From the human T2T-CHM13v2.0 reference genome, Homo sapiens, in NCBI RefSeq assembly GCF_009914755.1, contig NC_060928.1: a stretch of DNA of 64,000 nucleotides; one strand, written 5' to 3'. Positions 37,262 through 50,349 of the stretch are shown one piece after another. The position numbers were made by a program, and so were the translations under genes. How positions within the stretch are numbered: the first letter of the stretch is position 1; every line of letters begins with the position of its first letter. The notes beneath the pieces were generated by a model. That model was not told where the DNA came from. It was given only the letters and a program-made list of their open reading frames with translations, and did not search any database.

Positions 37262-38788
37262 TGTGATATATATATGTATGTGTGAAAATGTGATATATAT
37301 ATCATATATATTTTATATATATCACATCATATATATGTGTATATATACACACATATATATCACAGCATATATACACACATACATATCACATCACATATAT
37401 AATCACATCACGTATATACACACATATATCACATCATATGTACACATATATGTGTATATATATCACATCATATGTACACATATATGTGTATATATATCAC
37501 ATCATACAAGTATGTGTATATACTGTGTATATATGTGTATACACAGTATATATCCATATATGTATATACACAGTATATATCCACGTATGTATATACACAG
37601 TATATGTACATATATGTATATACACAGTATATATCCATGTATGTATATACACAGTATATGGACATATATGTATATACACAGTATATATACATAGTATATA
37701 TACACAGTATCCATGTATGTATATACACAGTATATGTACATATATGTATATATACAGTAATGTGCATATATGTATATACACAGTATATGGACATATATGT
37801 ATATACACAGTATATATACATATATGTATATACACAGTATATATACATATATGTATATACACAGCATATATACATATATGTATATACACAGTATATGTAC
37901 ATATACTGTACATGTATATATACACAATATATGTACATACACAGTATATATACATATACTGTGTACACACATACATGTATGTGTATACACATGTATATAT
38001 ACATGTATATATACACATACTGTATACATATGTATATGTATGTGCACAGTATACATATACTGTATGTATACTGTATACATACAGTATATGTACATATAGT
38101 GTATGTATACAGTATAATACAGTATACATACAGTATATATGTATGTATACAAAGTATATATGTATGCATACAGTATACATACAGTATATATGTATGTATA
38201 CACAGTATATATGTATGCATACGGTATACATACAGTATATACAGTGTATGTATATAGTATACATATACTGTATATATACACATGTGTATCACATCATATA
38301 TGTATGTGTATATATGTATATGTATAGAGACATATATACACATACATATGTATATACACATGTATACACACAAGTGTATTTATACACATGTGTATACATG
38401 TGTATATATACATGTATATATAAACACATATACTATGTTTAGTTAGGAAAAATAGATCATTAAATGGATTTCACCTACTTATGTACATGTTTTTAATATT
38501 ATTACATATATACACATATACATATATATGTGTATATATGTGTATATATGTATATACACACATGTGTGTATATGCATATATGAGCATGTGTGTATATATG
38601 TACACACGCATGTGTGTATACGTATACACATGTGTGCATATGCATATATGTATATGTGTATGTATGTAAATATGCATATGTGTATATGTGTACATACATA
38701 TACACACATATATGTATATGTGTATATATGTGTACATGCATATACACATATATGCATATGTGTGTGTATATGTACACACACACACACC
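37262..38788. repeat. ~1.5 kb TA/CA/TG-rich complex VNTR inside the L1PB1 3' region, including a 27-bp-period block
   Basis: 'acacag' recurs at 37541, 37568, 37595 and 37622. L1 reads 'aaagaaaatgtg' before and 'caccatggaatac' after the tract. Confidence 0.97.
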
Positions 38789-39166
38789 ATGGAATACGAC
38801 TCAGCCATTAAAAGGAATGAACAAATGGCGTTCTCAGCAGCCTGGATGGAATTGGAGACTATTATTCTAAGTGAAGTAACTCAGGAATGGAAAGCCAAAC
38901 TTTATATGTTCTCACTCATATGTGAGAGTTAAGCTACGAGGATGCAAAAGTATAAGAATGATACGTTGGACTTTGGGGACTGGGGGAAAGGGTGGGGGTG
39001 GTGAGGGATAAAAGACTGCATGGGATACAGTGTACACTTTTTGGGTGATGAGTGCACCAAAATCTCAGAAATCACCACTAAAGAACTTATTCATATAATC
39101 AAACACCACTTGTTCCCCAAAAACCTACTGAAATAGAAAAATAATTTTTAAAAAATGTGACATCAG

Positions 39167-39660
39167 TGATGATTACAGTACAAAGAAGAAAAATGGTGCA
39201 GTGTAATGTTAATGGGAGTAGTGGGAAAGGACAGAATATTGGATATGGATTGAGAGATGTTTGGTATTACAGATGAAGTAATTTGTGAAAATCTTCTGTA
39301 ATGACTGGACATTTTAGCAAAGATGTGAATAATGTGAATAGCAACTTATGTAAAGAAAAATCTGAAGAAAGAGTATTCTAAACAGAGGAAATAGCAAGTT
39401 AAGGTCATGAGATGGTAAAAATTTAAGGTATTTGAAAAGAAGGAAGAAAGGCAGTGTGCCTGGAGAAATACAGATAAAAAGGAAAGTGACAGATGATCAG
39501 AGTCAAGAAATTAACAGGAGTTAGTCAATATAAAACTTTGAATGCAATGATATAATTCTTACACTTTCACCTCAGGGTGATAGGAATCATTTGAAAAGAT
39601 ACAGCATTTTAGTGATCTGATTCAAAAAATGAGTATTTGGTCATAGCAGGAAATTCAGAT
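39167..39660 (-). mobile_element. L2 continuation
   Basis: 'agagtattctaaacagaggaaatagcaag...gaaaagaaggaagaaaggcagtgtgcctggag'. Confidence 0.7.
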
Positions 39661-39676
39661 CCATATACCTTTGCAG

Positions 39677-39990
39677 CTGTGCTATCTAATATGGTAGTCT
39701 CAAACCACATGTGGCTATTAAACACTTGAAATGATGCTGCTCTGAATTGAGATAGTCTGTAAGTGTTAAAAACACAGTGGATTTGAAGACTTAGCAATAA
39801 TAAGTAAAATAGCTCATTAATATTTTTCATATTGATATGTTGAAATAATTATATTTTGAATATACTGTGTTTAGTTAAGCAAAATAGATCATTAAATGGA
39901 TTTCACCTTCTTATGTACATGTTTTTAATATTATTAACAAAAATTAAAGTTACGTATATGACACATTAGATTTATTATGGACAGTTCTAG
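39677..39990 (-). mobile_element. MER33 (hAT-Charlie) DNA transposon
   Basis: 'ctgtgctatctaatatggtag...ccacatgtggctattaaacacttgaaatg...ctgaattgagat...ggatttgaagacttag...tggacagttcta'. Confidence 0.88.
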
Positions 39991-40019
39991 CATAAAACTT
40001 TATGTTACAGGAAGAGTGT

Positions 40020-40140
40020 TAATTAACATATTTCCTGGTACCAAGATAACTATAATAGAAATCTTGGTACCAGGTAATATCCTATGCCCCTAACTGCATT
40101 CTCATTTAATGCTCATAGAAACGACATGAGGTAGACTGTT
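40020..40140 (-). mobile_element. MIR fragment containing a 53-bp palindrome
   Basis: 'gcattctcatttaatgctcatagaaacgacatgaggtag'. Confidence 0.6.
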
Positions 40141-41293
40141 GATTAATAAAAGATATCGCCAAGTTAGATTACTCTAGGTTGTAGAATGCAAGAAGGAGAA
40201 CTAATCAATTGAGAAAGACTGTAGTCATAGGATCATAACAGGGTAACTGAAAAGACAGCCCTAGTAGATTTGATGTAGCATAACCAAGTCAAAAATCAAA
40301 TTGAAAAAATTTAGTCTGCCAGTGGCAATCAAAGGTACTCAGTTTTAAGAAGCAGAAATGGTATAGCTGCTGGAAATGAGTGAGGCTGCCCCATGGAGAG
40401 ACAGCTAAGGCAGGAAGGTCAGATAACTTTCACAGGTTTGGACAAGCTGGGATATCAGTTCGTATATAACACAACAGTCTTAAGGAGGGAGCAAAGCCAG
40501 CTTTGACTCAAGGAAAGTGAATGTTTGTTTTTTATTCTCTTTAAAAAGACCCAGAGCCCAGAAGTTTATGTTTACTTCATTTGTAACAGGCTTCCTATGA
40601 ATAGCTTTTTACATTTGTCTAAGCTTCCTGAAGACTGGCGGCAAAATAGAGGAAAAAAAGTTATAATTAATGTGTATAGTCTGGGTCCGCAGGATATTTC
40701 CCACATACCTGATTCACAATACACTTTTTCCTAACACATTATATCTGTGTTCCCACTCTGTTAAATGAGCAGTCATATCATATGATGGCCTTTTATGTTG
40801 CTGTTCTGATTTCCATTTTATTGCATAACCCACCTACCATTTCAGCATCTTGATTTCTTATTGACATAAAATATCTTCATGCCAAAAAGCATTGGTGGAA
40901 AACAAAAGCAAATAAGAAATTAAGTTTATAAATTTAAAATCACAAACAGTATGATTTTAAGTTTCTTTTATACTGAGAAAATTTCTTTATTTTTTCATTC
41001 AATTCTCAAATTCAGTATGATAAGTAGATAGATTAAAATTACAATTTGTATGCTAAGAGGTGGATTTTCCTCCTTTTATGAATAGAATATTGATAAGCAG
41101 CTAAATGTCCTTTTAAAAAATTTAAAAATGACAACAATGTCTAGTAATATCCTCTTTCTAAGCAGCCATGGATTCCCTAGAGTCACAAATGTTACTTTGA
41201 TTAATATGATAAAAATGTTAAGCACAATCTTACTTTAAAATTTTAATTTCAATTTAGCTAGTGGTAAAAAACAACATTAACAACCACAAATAA

Positions 41294-41711
<418 letters not shown>

Positions 41712-43029
41712 TGATACTCTAACATAGCTCTAATACTTTTGCCCTTATCTCCACTTCTCTTCCTGAGAAGCAATGTGTTCAAGACTCTAGTGTTTTTGAC
41801 TCAGAGCTTGTAGTTGACTCAGCTTCACTTCTACTCTCAAACCACAAGTTGGTTTTCTATTATAAAATGCCTTTTTAATTCTCAGCATTTCTGGATGTCT
41901 TTTACATGACCACCCTTTAAATCATTATACACAGAATTCTCCCACCGTCCACTCATACTCTAATCCAATATACAGCCTATTGACTCTTAGTGTAAGTAAT
42001 GCCAAAATGGAATTAACATAGGCACTTTCTTAAAGGTCAAAGTCAATTAATGTGCAATCTAGGGCATGTATAGGGGCTAATATGTGATCTTTATCTTCTG
42101 GAAAATTGTGTGTAAAAAACTTCACAAATCAAAATAATCCATTTTTTGATCAGTTGTAAAAATAAATAGAATAGTAATGGTATATTCCACCAGGCAGAAA
42201 ACATAGTGAATGAAGCCAGTGACATTTGGTTCCACTTCAACACATTCTGGAAAATTACATTATAGAGCTGTCAAACACAAATTCCAACCAAAATGTCATT
42301 TTTGTACAAAAGAAACAATGTGAAGGGCAAAGTGAATCTTGCCTTACCTTGAAACCTCCAAGGCAGAGCTTCTTTAACTGTGGTCATTTAGGGATGAATC
42401 TGCTTTCTTAGTACATTTAGGCTTCTCTGACATAAGGCAGAAATAAATGCTAGTACTCTTTCACTTATAACTTAACAGAGAAAATAAATTTGACAAATTC
42501 TACTAGTTTCTAAAATTATTATTAAAATTAAATCAAAAGTTTATTCTCTTAAATGGACACTGTCCAGAATAATTGATTTTTTAAATTTGGCTTAAAAGAA
42601 CTGTGTATATAACTTATCTTATTCTACTTTTCAGCATGGCAAGTTGATTTTGTCTTTGGTCAAATAGCCATTTCAATTGTCTAGGAAGCTTAATGGTAAA
42701 CCACACTTTACTCTGAATTATCATCCTCCTAGGGAGAGTAAGACCAAGGCACAGGTTATGGAGCATTCCATATTCTTTGTTCCATGTTCTTTGTTTGAAC
42801 AGGACTCATTTCCCTTTTATCCCGCTCCAGCATTTTTAACCCAGTAGTAATTCTTACCTTGTAATATTTGTTTGGGTTGGATTTTTCTTTGCCCCATCCT
42901 GCATAAACCCTTGTTCCATAAAATTGGTTTAAATTTCCCAAAACTCCCTTAGATTTTCTATGCCCAATCTCTTGATTTCCTGTTACCTTGTGAACCTGGA
43001 TTTAGAAAACAATACAAGTAAAATACCTT

Positions 43030-43145
43030 TGTGGCATCATAAGGACCCAAATTTTTGTGTATTTCATTTTCTGTTTATTCCCAGCATCCAGAAAAATACC
43101 TGATACATGGATGCCTGTCTATAAATAGTTGTTTAGTAAATGCAT
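43030..43145 (+). mobile_element. L2 3' end fragment
   Basis: 'ttcccagcatccagaaaaatacctgatacatggatgcctgtctataaatagttgtttagtaaatg'. Confidence 0.6.
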
Positions 43146-44089
43146 TAATCATTTTTCTAGATTTAATTACTGCCCACAGATGAATACATACCTATCCAGC
43201 ATGATATGTGCAAGACTTACCCAATAATATTTCTTTCTTGCCTCAATTACACTTGTTCTGACCCACCTAGTGGTCCCATGCCATCCAATATGCAGAAAGT
43301 GGGAGAAAATTATTTTCTAAGGGATGACTATTAGTTTAAGAAGTATGAAAGACAATAAAATTTCCAAACTTTGACTGTCAAACTAATAAGTGAAGAAAAT
43401 AAAACAAATCACCCATGAGCAATTTCTGACTAAGACTCAAGGTATTTAGCTCTAGCAAGGAGTGTGAAAGTATTAATTTGAAAATAAAAACAATTCAATT
43501 TAATATGACAGGAACTGAAATAAATGTGGAAATGCTTTTCTCTAAAAACACAATTATGACTTATCCATGGATTTTTAACCATTCATCTTTTCCATATCAC
43601 TTATGATATTGATAATGTGTTTTAAAAGGGGAGAAGTATGTTTTCCAGAGAAAAGTATCTAAAAAGAGGTCTATGATATTTAACTCTATATATTTAAGAT
43701 AATGGATGCTCACAATGACTTGAAAGTTTTGACATACACTGGTTAAACTTAAGTAAAGTTTTCTTAGCTCAACTTAATAAGGCCCTCATTTTATGTATCT
43801 AGGGAATTTTTCTAACTTCTCTCCTCAATGTCTATGACTTTAATCATAATTACTTCCAAATCAGAGAAAACACACAAAACAAACTAACAAAATACCAGAG
43901 CAATTCAAGCTGACTCCCACAGTTCCTTCAGAACTGTCAAAAATGTATTCTTAAAGACCGTTTTCCCCCTTCCTCTTATTTGCACCTCTACCAATCTTGG
44001 ATATGTTTGCAATTGCCCTTATTTATCTCTCATTTACCATCTATCTCTCTGCCTTACCTGCAATAATCATCATTAAAAAAAAAAATCCT

Positions 44090-44208
44090 GTCCGGGCACG
44101 GTAGTTCACGCCTGTAATCCCAGCGCTTTGGGAGGCTGGGGTGGGTGGCTCACGAGGTCAGGAGTTCGAGACCAGCCTGGCCAACATGGTGAAACCCCGT
44201 TTCTACTA

Positions 44209-44209
<1 letters not shown>
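44090..44209 (+). mobile_element. AluS (Sg-like) left monomer only, followed by (TA)n at 44213-44244
   Basis: 'gtccgggcacggtagttcacgcctgtaatcccagc...cacgaggtcaggagttcgagaccagcctggccaacatggtgaaaccccgtttctactaa'. Confidence 0.9.
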
Positions 44210-44250
<41 letters not shown>

Positions 44251-44535
44251 ATTTAAGTTCTCATGTAAGATAAAATTGAACTGTGTTTTTTAATCACACA
44301 ATTGGCATAATACTCTGTTGTCTTTATCTGCCAATCTAGGTCAGAAAATTCTTGCCATCAGATTGTTGTTCTATAAAATCTTGTTCTATAAGATCCCACT
44401 GCTCTTTCTGTATAACTGCTACTGCTGTATTGAGTTTCTTTGTCATCGTAACCAATTACATTACTAGTTAATAATAGTCCAATTTCCTGTTACAAGCTAA
44501 ATATTCTTTACATTAAATGTTCCTTTTCCAAATTA

Positions 44536-44877
44536 CAATCAACCACCTCTCTTTCTGGGTTCTGCATCTATAAATTCAACTATGTGTCAAAAGTATTCAG
44601 AAAAAAATGTGGTTAGTTGTATATATACTAAACATGGACAAACTTTATTTCTCTTGCCATTATTTCCTAAACAATATAGTGTAACAACTATTTACATAGC
44701 ACATACATTGTATTAGGCAGTATAAGTAATCTAGAAGTGATTTAAAATATAGAGGAGAATGTGCATAGGTTATATGTGAATACTACACTATTTTATATAA
44801 GAGACTGAGGATCCATGGATTTTGGTATTCATGAGGTGTCCTAGAACCAATCCCCCATGAATACCACGGGAAGACTA
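44536..44877 (-). mobile_element. MER2 (TcMar-Tigger) DNA transposon
   Basis: 'tataagtaatctagaagtgatttaaaatatagaggagaatgtgcataggttatatg...ggattttggtatt...gaaccaatccccca'. TA flanks. Confidence 0.9.
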
Positions 44878-45863
44878 TACTGTGATTTGTTTCCTAAATT
44901 TGTTTCCTGGACACATACTGTTACACAAATGGACCTTCTTTATTACCAATGAAATCAATAAAGTCCAGACTCACAATTTTAGAACAACAAATTTTATTCC
45001 ACTATGAGTTGTTGGATTGCTACTCAAGAGTTCTTTCAAATACTACCTTAGAAATAACTGCAAAAATGTTTATCTATGTTGCATCAAATTACGTTATTAC
45101 CATTTCCTAAACCATATTTGCATGGAAATAATATATTTATTATGGAAGCTACATCCATTTAAGATGAAAAATGTTAGGAATATTATTTTTGTTTACTACT
45201 ATAAAACCACCACCACACAAGATGTAGAACATGTCCTGTGCCCCTAAAAAATCCCTTATTTCTCATTACAAACCACCCTCCTTCTAGCCTGAGTCATAAG
45301 CAACTGTTTGTCCTTCTGTCACTATAGATCACATCACATTTTCTAGAAATTTATATGCATCTGGCTTCTTTCAGTCAGTGTAACAGTTTTGACATTCATC
45401 CCTATTGTGCTTGTTTCAGAGCTTTTCTATGTCCCTTGGGTAAGTAGCTAGGTGTAGAATTGCTAGCTTATACAGTAGGTGTTTATTTAATATTTTAAGA
45501 AATTGCCAAAACATTTTTTAAAACAGTGAATAGTTTACATTCCCACCATCAATGCATAGAGTTCCAGTTGCTCCACATCTATATCAAATATTTGTCTTGT
45601 CGGTCTCTTTACATTTTCATCAAAAAAAAAAGATCTGACCAGATATTTCAATAAAGTCCTTGAAAGACAAGTGATATTCAACACCATTACTTAGGAAAAG
45701 CAAATATAACTATATAGAGACATTACTACCAAATGTTTACCAATAAATTGCTTTAGCATCTGTGTTGAAAATTAGCTGACTATATAGAGTGGGTCTATTC
45801 TGGAGTCTGTACATTTTTCACCAACTTTTAGGTCTATTCTTTTGTCAATTCCACAGTCTTAAT

Positions 45864-46079
45864 CAAGAGCAGCAAGCTATGGCCCATAGCACATTGGGTC
45901 CGCTGCCAATTTTTGTAAATAAAGTTGTATCAGAAAATAAGCTTATTTGTTTATACATTTGTCCATGTTGCTTTCCTGCTACAATGACAGAGTTGAGTAA
46001 CTGTGAAGAGTACAGATGACCTGCAAAATCTAAAGTATTTATTATATGCTTCCTTTCAGAAAACGTCTGTGAACCTACA
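45864..46079 (+). mobile_element. MER58A (hAT-Charlie)
   Basis: 'cagcaagctatggccc...tttttgtaaataaagtt...gctacaatgacagagttgagta...cctgcaaaatctaaagtatttattat'. 8-bp TSD-like gtcttaat/gccttgat. Confidence 0.88.
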
Positions 46080-46254
46080 GCCTTGATTACTGTAACTTTC
46101 TATCTTAAACTCATATGTAGTGTTTTTTCTCCAACTTCGTTCTTCTATTCTAAATTTACTTTCTTGATTTTAAGTTGTAAGTTTACGTGTTTCCATATCA
46201 ATTTTCGAATTTACTTATCACTTTTTAAAAAGTGTGTTTTATTCTGATTGGGAT

Positions 46255-46795
46255 TGTTAAGAAAAGATTCTGAGGTTTTTGGAGGAAAAAGGAAGAGATA
46301 TATTTTCTATAAAAAAAAAAATCTGCAGATTGAAGAGGGCGAGGACAAGTGAAAGTGTGCTCTCCAAAGTACAAAGAGTCTGGCCTAAATAGAGAAAGTT
46401 TCTGCCACTGTTCTTAATCAGGTCTGTTTGTGCAAATAAAGGATTCAAATTAGTCACAGTAGTTGAGCCCTGATTGGGTGGTTTCCAAGTCCCAAACCAG
46501 AAGTCGCTGTCAGATGTTTCTTCCAAACAACTTGCTATGGGGAGTGGGGATTTCTTCCTGGTTTATCTTAGCTTGGGTTACAAGAACTGTTCTGGCCCAG
46601 GAACATAAAGCAGAAAGTTTGTCCAGAGCTACCTTTCTGAGAACAAAGGTCATGCAACTGCTCAACTACTCTTGTCTCAACACGCCACCCCCATGTCCAC
46701 TTGGTTCTGTTCCATAAATTTGGGTGGCTTCATCAATGACAGGTAGTCCATCTCATCTGGAGTGCTTTGGCTCTTATTTACAGTTTCATTTCATA
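46255..46795 (-). mobile_element. ERV1 (MER4-group-like) solo LTR; subfamily not determined
   Basis: Begins 'tgttaagaaaagattctg', ends 'tttcatttcata'. 4-bp TSD ggat/agat splits the host L1. Antisense CCAAT ('ctgattgg'). Confidence 0.7.
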
Positions 46796-46799
46796 AGAT

Positions 46800-46965
46800 T
46801 ATATAGATTATAGATTATATATATATTATATTATATATATTATATTATATATTATATTATATATATTATATTATATATATTATATTATATATATTATATT
46901 ATATATATTATATTATATATTATATTATATATTATATATATTATATTATATATTATATATATATT
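46800..46965. repeat. (TATAT)n AT-only tandem repeat
   Basis: Directly visible. Confidence 0.95.
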
Positions 46966-47130
46966 CAGGTTATAGTCAGGTTATATATATAAAACCTGTC
47001 ATGTTCATTAGGCATTCCTGAAGGTGATAATTTTTCTCTGGTATAATTAATTCAGTGTCAAGAAGTTTAACCTTTTTACTCATAGTGTATGTATGGTAGC
47101 AAGAAGTTATCTCGGATATTCTTTATTTGA

Positions 47131-47478
<348 letters not shown>

Positions 47479-47660
47479 TCCATTTTATTTATATTTTTAA
47501 AATCATCAAATGTTTTTTCCCTCTCTTTTGGCCTACAGAGTTTCTTCAGATAACTCAGAGATCAATAGAATCATTGCTTCTTTATATTTAACATGTATTG
47601 TTTTCTACAATTGATTTCAAGAGTTGTTGGTTTTTAGCAGTTTAACCATATGTGCTTGGG

Positions 47661-47720
47661 GTGTGTGTGTGTGTGTGTGTGTGTAGGGGTGTGTATGTGT
47701 GTGTAGGTGTGTGTGTGTGT
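47661..47720. repeat. Interrupted (TG)n microsatellite
   Basis: Directly visible. Confidence 0.95.
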
Positions 47721-50349
47721 TCCTAATTATTTCAGTTTAGACTTGAGATTCTTGAATCTGTAAGTCTGTTTTTGTTCATATATTGGAATATTCATCAATT
47801 GTTTATAGAAACATTTAATTTGTTCAATTCTCTCATTTTTCTCTTTTGGCCCTTCAATGGCCTATTTATAGATAAATGAATGAATAAATAATCAAAACCT
47901 ACAGGAGACAAAATATTCACAGGTTCCAGGGGCTGCAACGATTTTATTAATTTTTCTCCCTTGTTTTTAGATTGGATGATATTATCACAAATAATCTATG
48001 TTCAAACTTACTGAAACTTTTGTCTGACATATCTTTCTCCCATTACACTCTGGCTCTAAAGATTTTATTTCAGAAATTTCATTTTTCCATTTAAAATTTT
48101 CCATTTTAAAATATTTTAAATTGTTTCTATTTCTTTGATAATATTTTTCAATATTTAATTCATTTTCCTTGATGACAAATACTAGGATCTCCTTTAAATT
48201 CCTCATCTGGATAACATCAACATAGGTCATTTTGAAGTCTGTTGATTTTTTTTTTTTCCTTGATAATGATTCTACTTATCTGGCTTTTCTTATGTTGGGT
48301 AATTTGGGATTATATCCTCAACTTTGTGAATGTTGCATTGCAGGTATTCTGAATTGTTTTATGTTTTTCTGAAGGAAGTTGATGTTTTTGTCTAGCGAAA
48401 TCTACAGTAGAGCAAAAATCCTGCCATACCTTTGGTAGGTAGGAACTCAGATCTCAAATCGGACTGCTTTCTGTTTACCCTACACATGCATACAATCTGG
48501 GTAAACTGTTGGAGTTTCTTCCTTGGCGCTTTCTCCTTTCCAAGGTTTCTTGATCATTTTAGTGACCTTGGTTCTCCAGGCTCCTTTCTCTGGTTCTTCC
48601 AGTCAGAAATACAGCTTGATTCTATTGTTATTTTGGCCACCCAGTCACCGGTGTCTTAAAACGGGAAACATATTCACGTGATTGATTTTATTTAAGGTTT
48701 AACTCTTCTCCAGAATCGGTGTTTATTCCATCTTCAGAGCCCTCAAGTAGTTTTATTTTACATTTTGTCCAGAGTTTATAATTGGTATCGCCATCCAAAA
48801 CGATTGTAACATTTTAAATATCAGAATAATACACTATTATTTTAGACAGGAATAGAGTTTCAGTTTAAAATAAGTAATAAGTGATCACTGATTTCTTAAA
48901 AATCAATAAAGGACAATGACTTCAAAATTAATATTCTTATGTAATGATAGAAACCTAATGAATGCTGGCAATAACAAAATATTACATACGGACTGCCCAT
49001 CTTGATATACCTCTTGAAATTATATGGAAACAATGTTATTCTGCCTTTTGTATGTTTATTGTTCATTCAAAAGTCAAATAGATACCAAGATCCTTCAGAA
49101 CATTATATTATCCTAGATTTTTAAGTCTAAATTGTATTTTTCTTGCGATGTCAAAAGTTACTTGTTAAAAATCCTTGAGGTTTATTATTTAGTATACATT
49201 AGATTATACAAATATATTTAATTGGGGATCACTTATAAACTTGAATCTGAGACTCTTGACTTCATATCAGAATAATGTCTTAGTAAGTAAAATAATTAGC
49301 AAAATATCTAATATATATCAAATGGTATAAAATACATGCATTTTCACTTCAATACTTTTTTGAAAGCCCATAATAATATGAAACTGCCTCATTCACTGTA
49401 TTCTGTTTAGAGAGATACCCTTAAGATTTTTTCTTGGTAATGTTTCTAGAAAGTATACTCATTTCCATAGCCTTCTATATTTTATTATTGCTCTGAAATA
49501 TATAATATTTGTTAAATACCAAGCTCAGTTCAACATCTTGCAGTGGTAATACGAAACTCTCTCTCTTCCTGGTTCCTTACTGTAATTTAATATCCTTATT
49601 GTCTTGCTTCCTTGCACCTGTTGGTAATTTCCAAACATTCAGATGTCAGGTGGTTGGGTTTCCTAGCTGGGAGGGGTTTTCATCTTACTGTAGGTAGTTT
49701 TTCACCCATTACTAGGTGTGCTTCTTTTTATGAGCAGGATAATGATATTCATTGGAAAGTGTCTGCTAGAGAACTAGGGTGAACATTGCAGCAAATCTGC
49801 ATCACAATGCACTGCCCTTCTTTTACTACTGTGAGATAGAAGTAGAGCTTTGAGGACATTTCTTATGACCTTTGCTGTGTAGTTCATGTAGAAAATTGGT
49901 TTGGGATCTGATTATCGAGGAGAATAACTCACAAGAATATTAATCAAGTAATAGCATACAAAACTTGTATCGTGCATTTAAAAAATTCCTTCTCAACTCC
50001 CCATCTTCTTTCCCTCTTCTTTTTTAAACAAAATATTTCCCTTTTGAAAATTAAATAGAAGAAATAGATCAGATATAAAATGATAACTTTTACAGAACCG
50101 TATAAGCACATATGGTTCTATGCTGATACAAAAAGAGATAAAGCAGTGATTTTAGGAAGAAACAATATGAGAGAAAAGAGAAAATCACTTTATGATATTC
50201 TGACCTGGCACAATCTAATAATCATCATTTTGTAGGTCATTTGAGAGTCCACATGGCCAACTTCAGGACCCCAGTCATTAATTTTACGGATATGTGGCAT
50301 GTAGGTAGCTGTGAACAGGTTCCAAGCCAGTAACAGTTCAAGAATTTTT

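Larger units (their letters stand above)
31105..39150 (+). mobile_element. Full-length L1PB1-type LINE (5'UTR, dead ORF1 ~32220-33190, dead ORF2 ~33300-37260, 3'UTR)
   Basis: 5' end 'attaagatggaagataggaagcaggactagcttgcagctccc'. ORF1 'LREMQNALKSLSNRIEQAEERTSEL'; ORF2 'CCLQDTHL', 'RDFNTSL', '[12 protein letters not shown]'. L1PB1 3'UTR 'aaaatctcagaaatcaccactaaagaacttattc'. Degenerate TSD aaaaacgtggaatcag (31089-31104) / aaaaatgtgacatcag (39151-39166). Confidence 0.93.

Noticed and set aside
32265-37266. ORFs similar to endonuclease/reverse transcriptase
   Set aside because: Broken L1PB1 ORF1/ORF2 with many stops and frameshifts plus an Alu insertion. Not a functional gene or a novel RT system.
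37248-38932. Longest ORFs in the track (up to 334 aa, Y/I/C/H/T/V/M-rich) on both strands
   Set aside because: Artefact of an alternating purine-pyrimidine repeat, which rarely contains stop codons. The 9-aa period mirrors the 27-bp unit.
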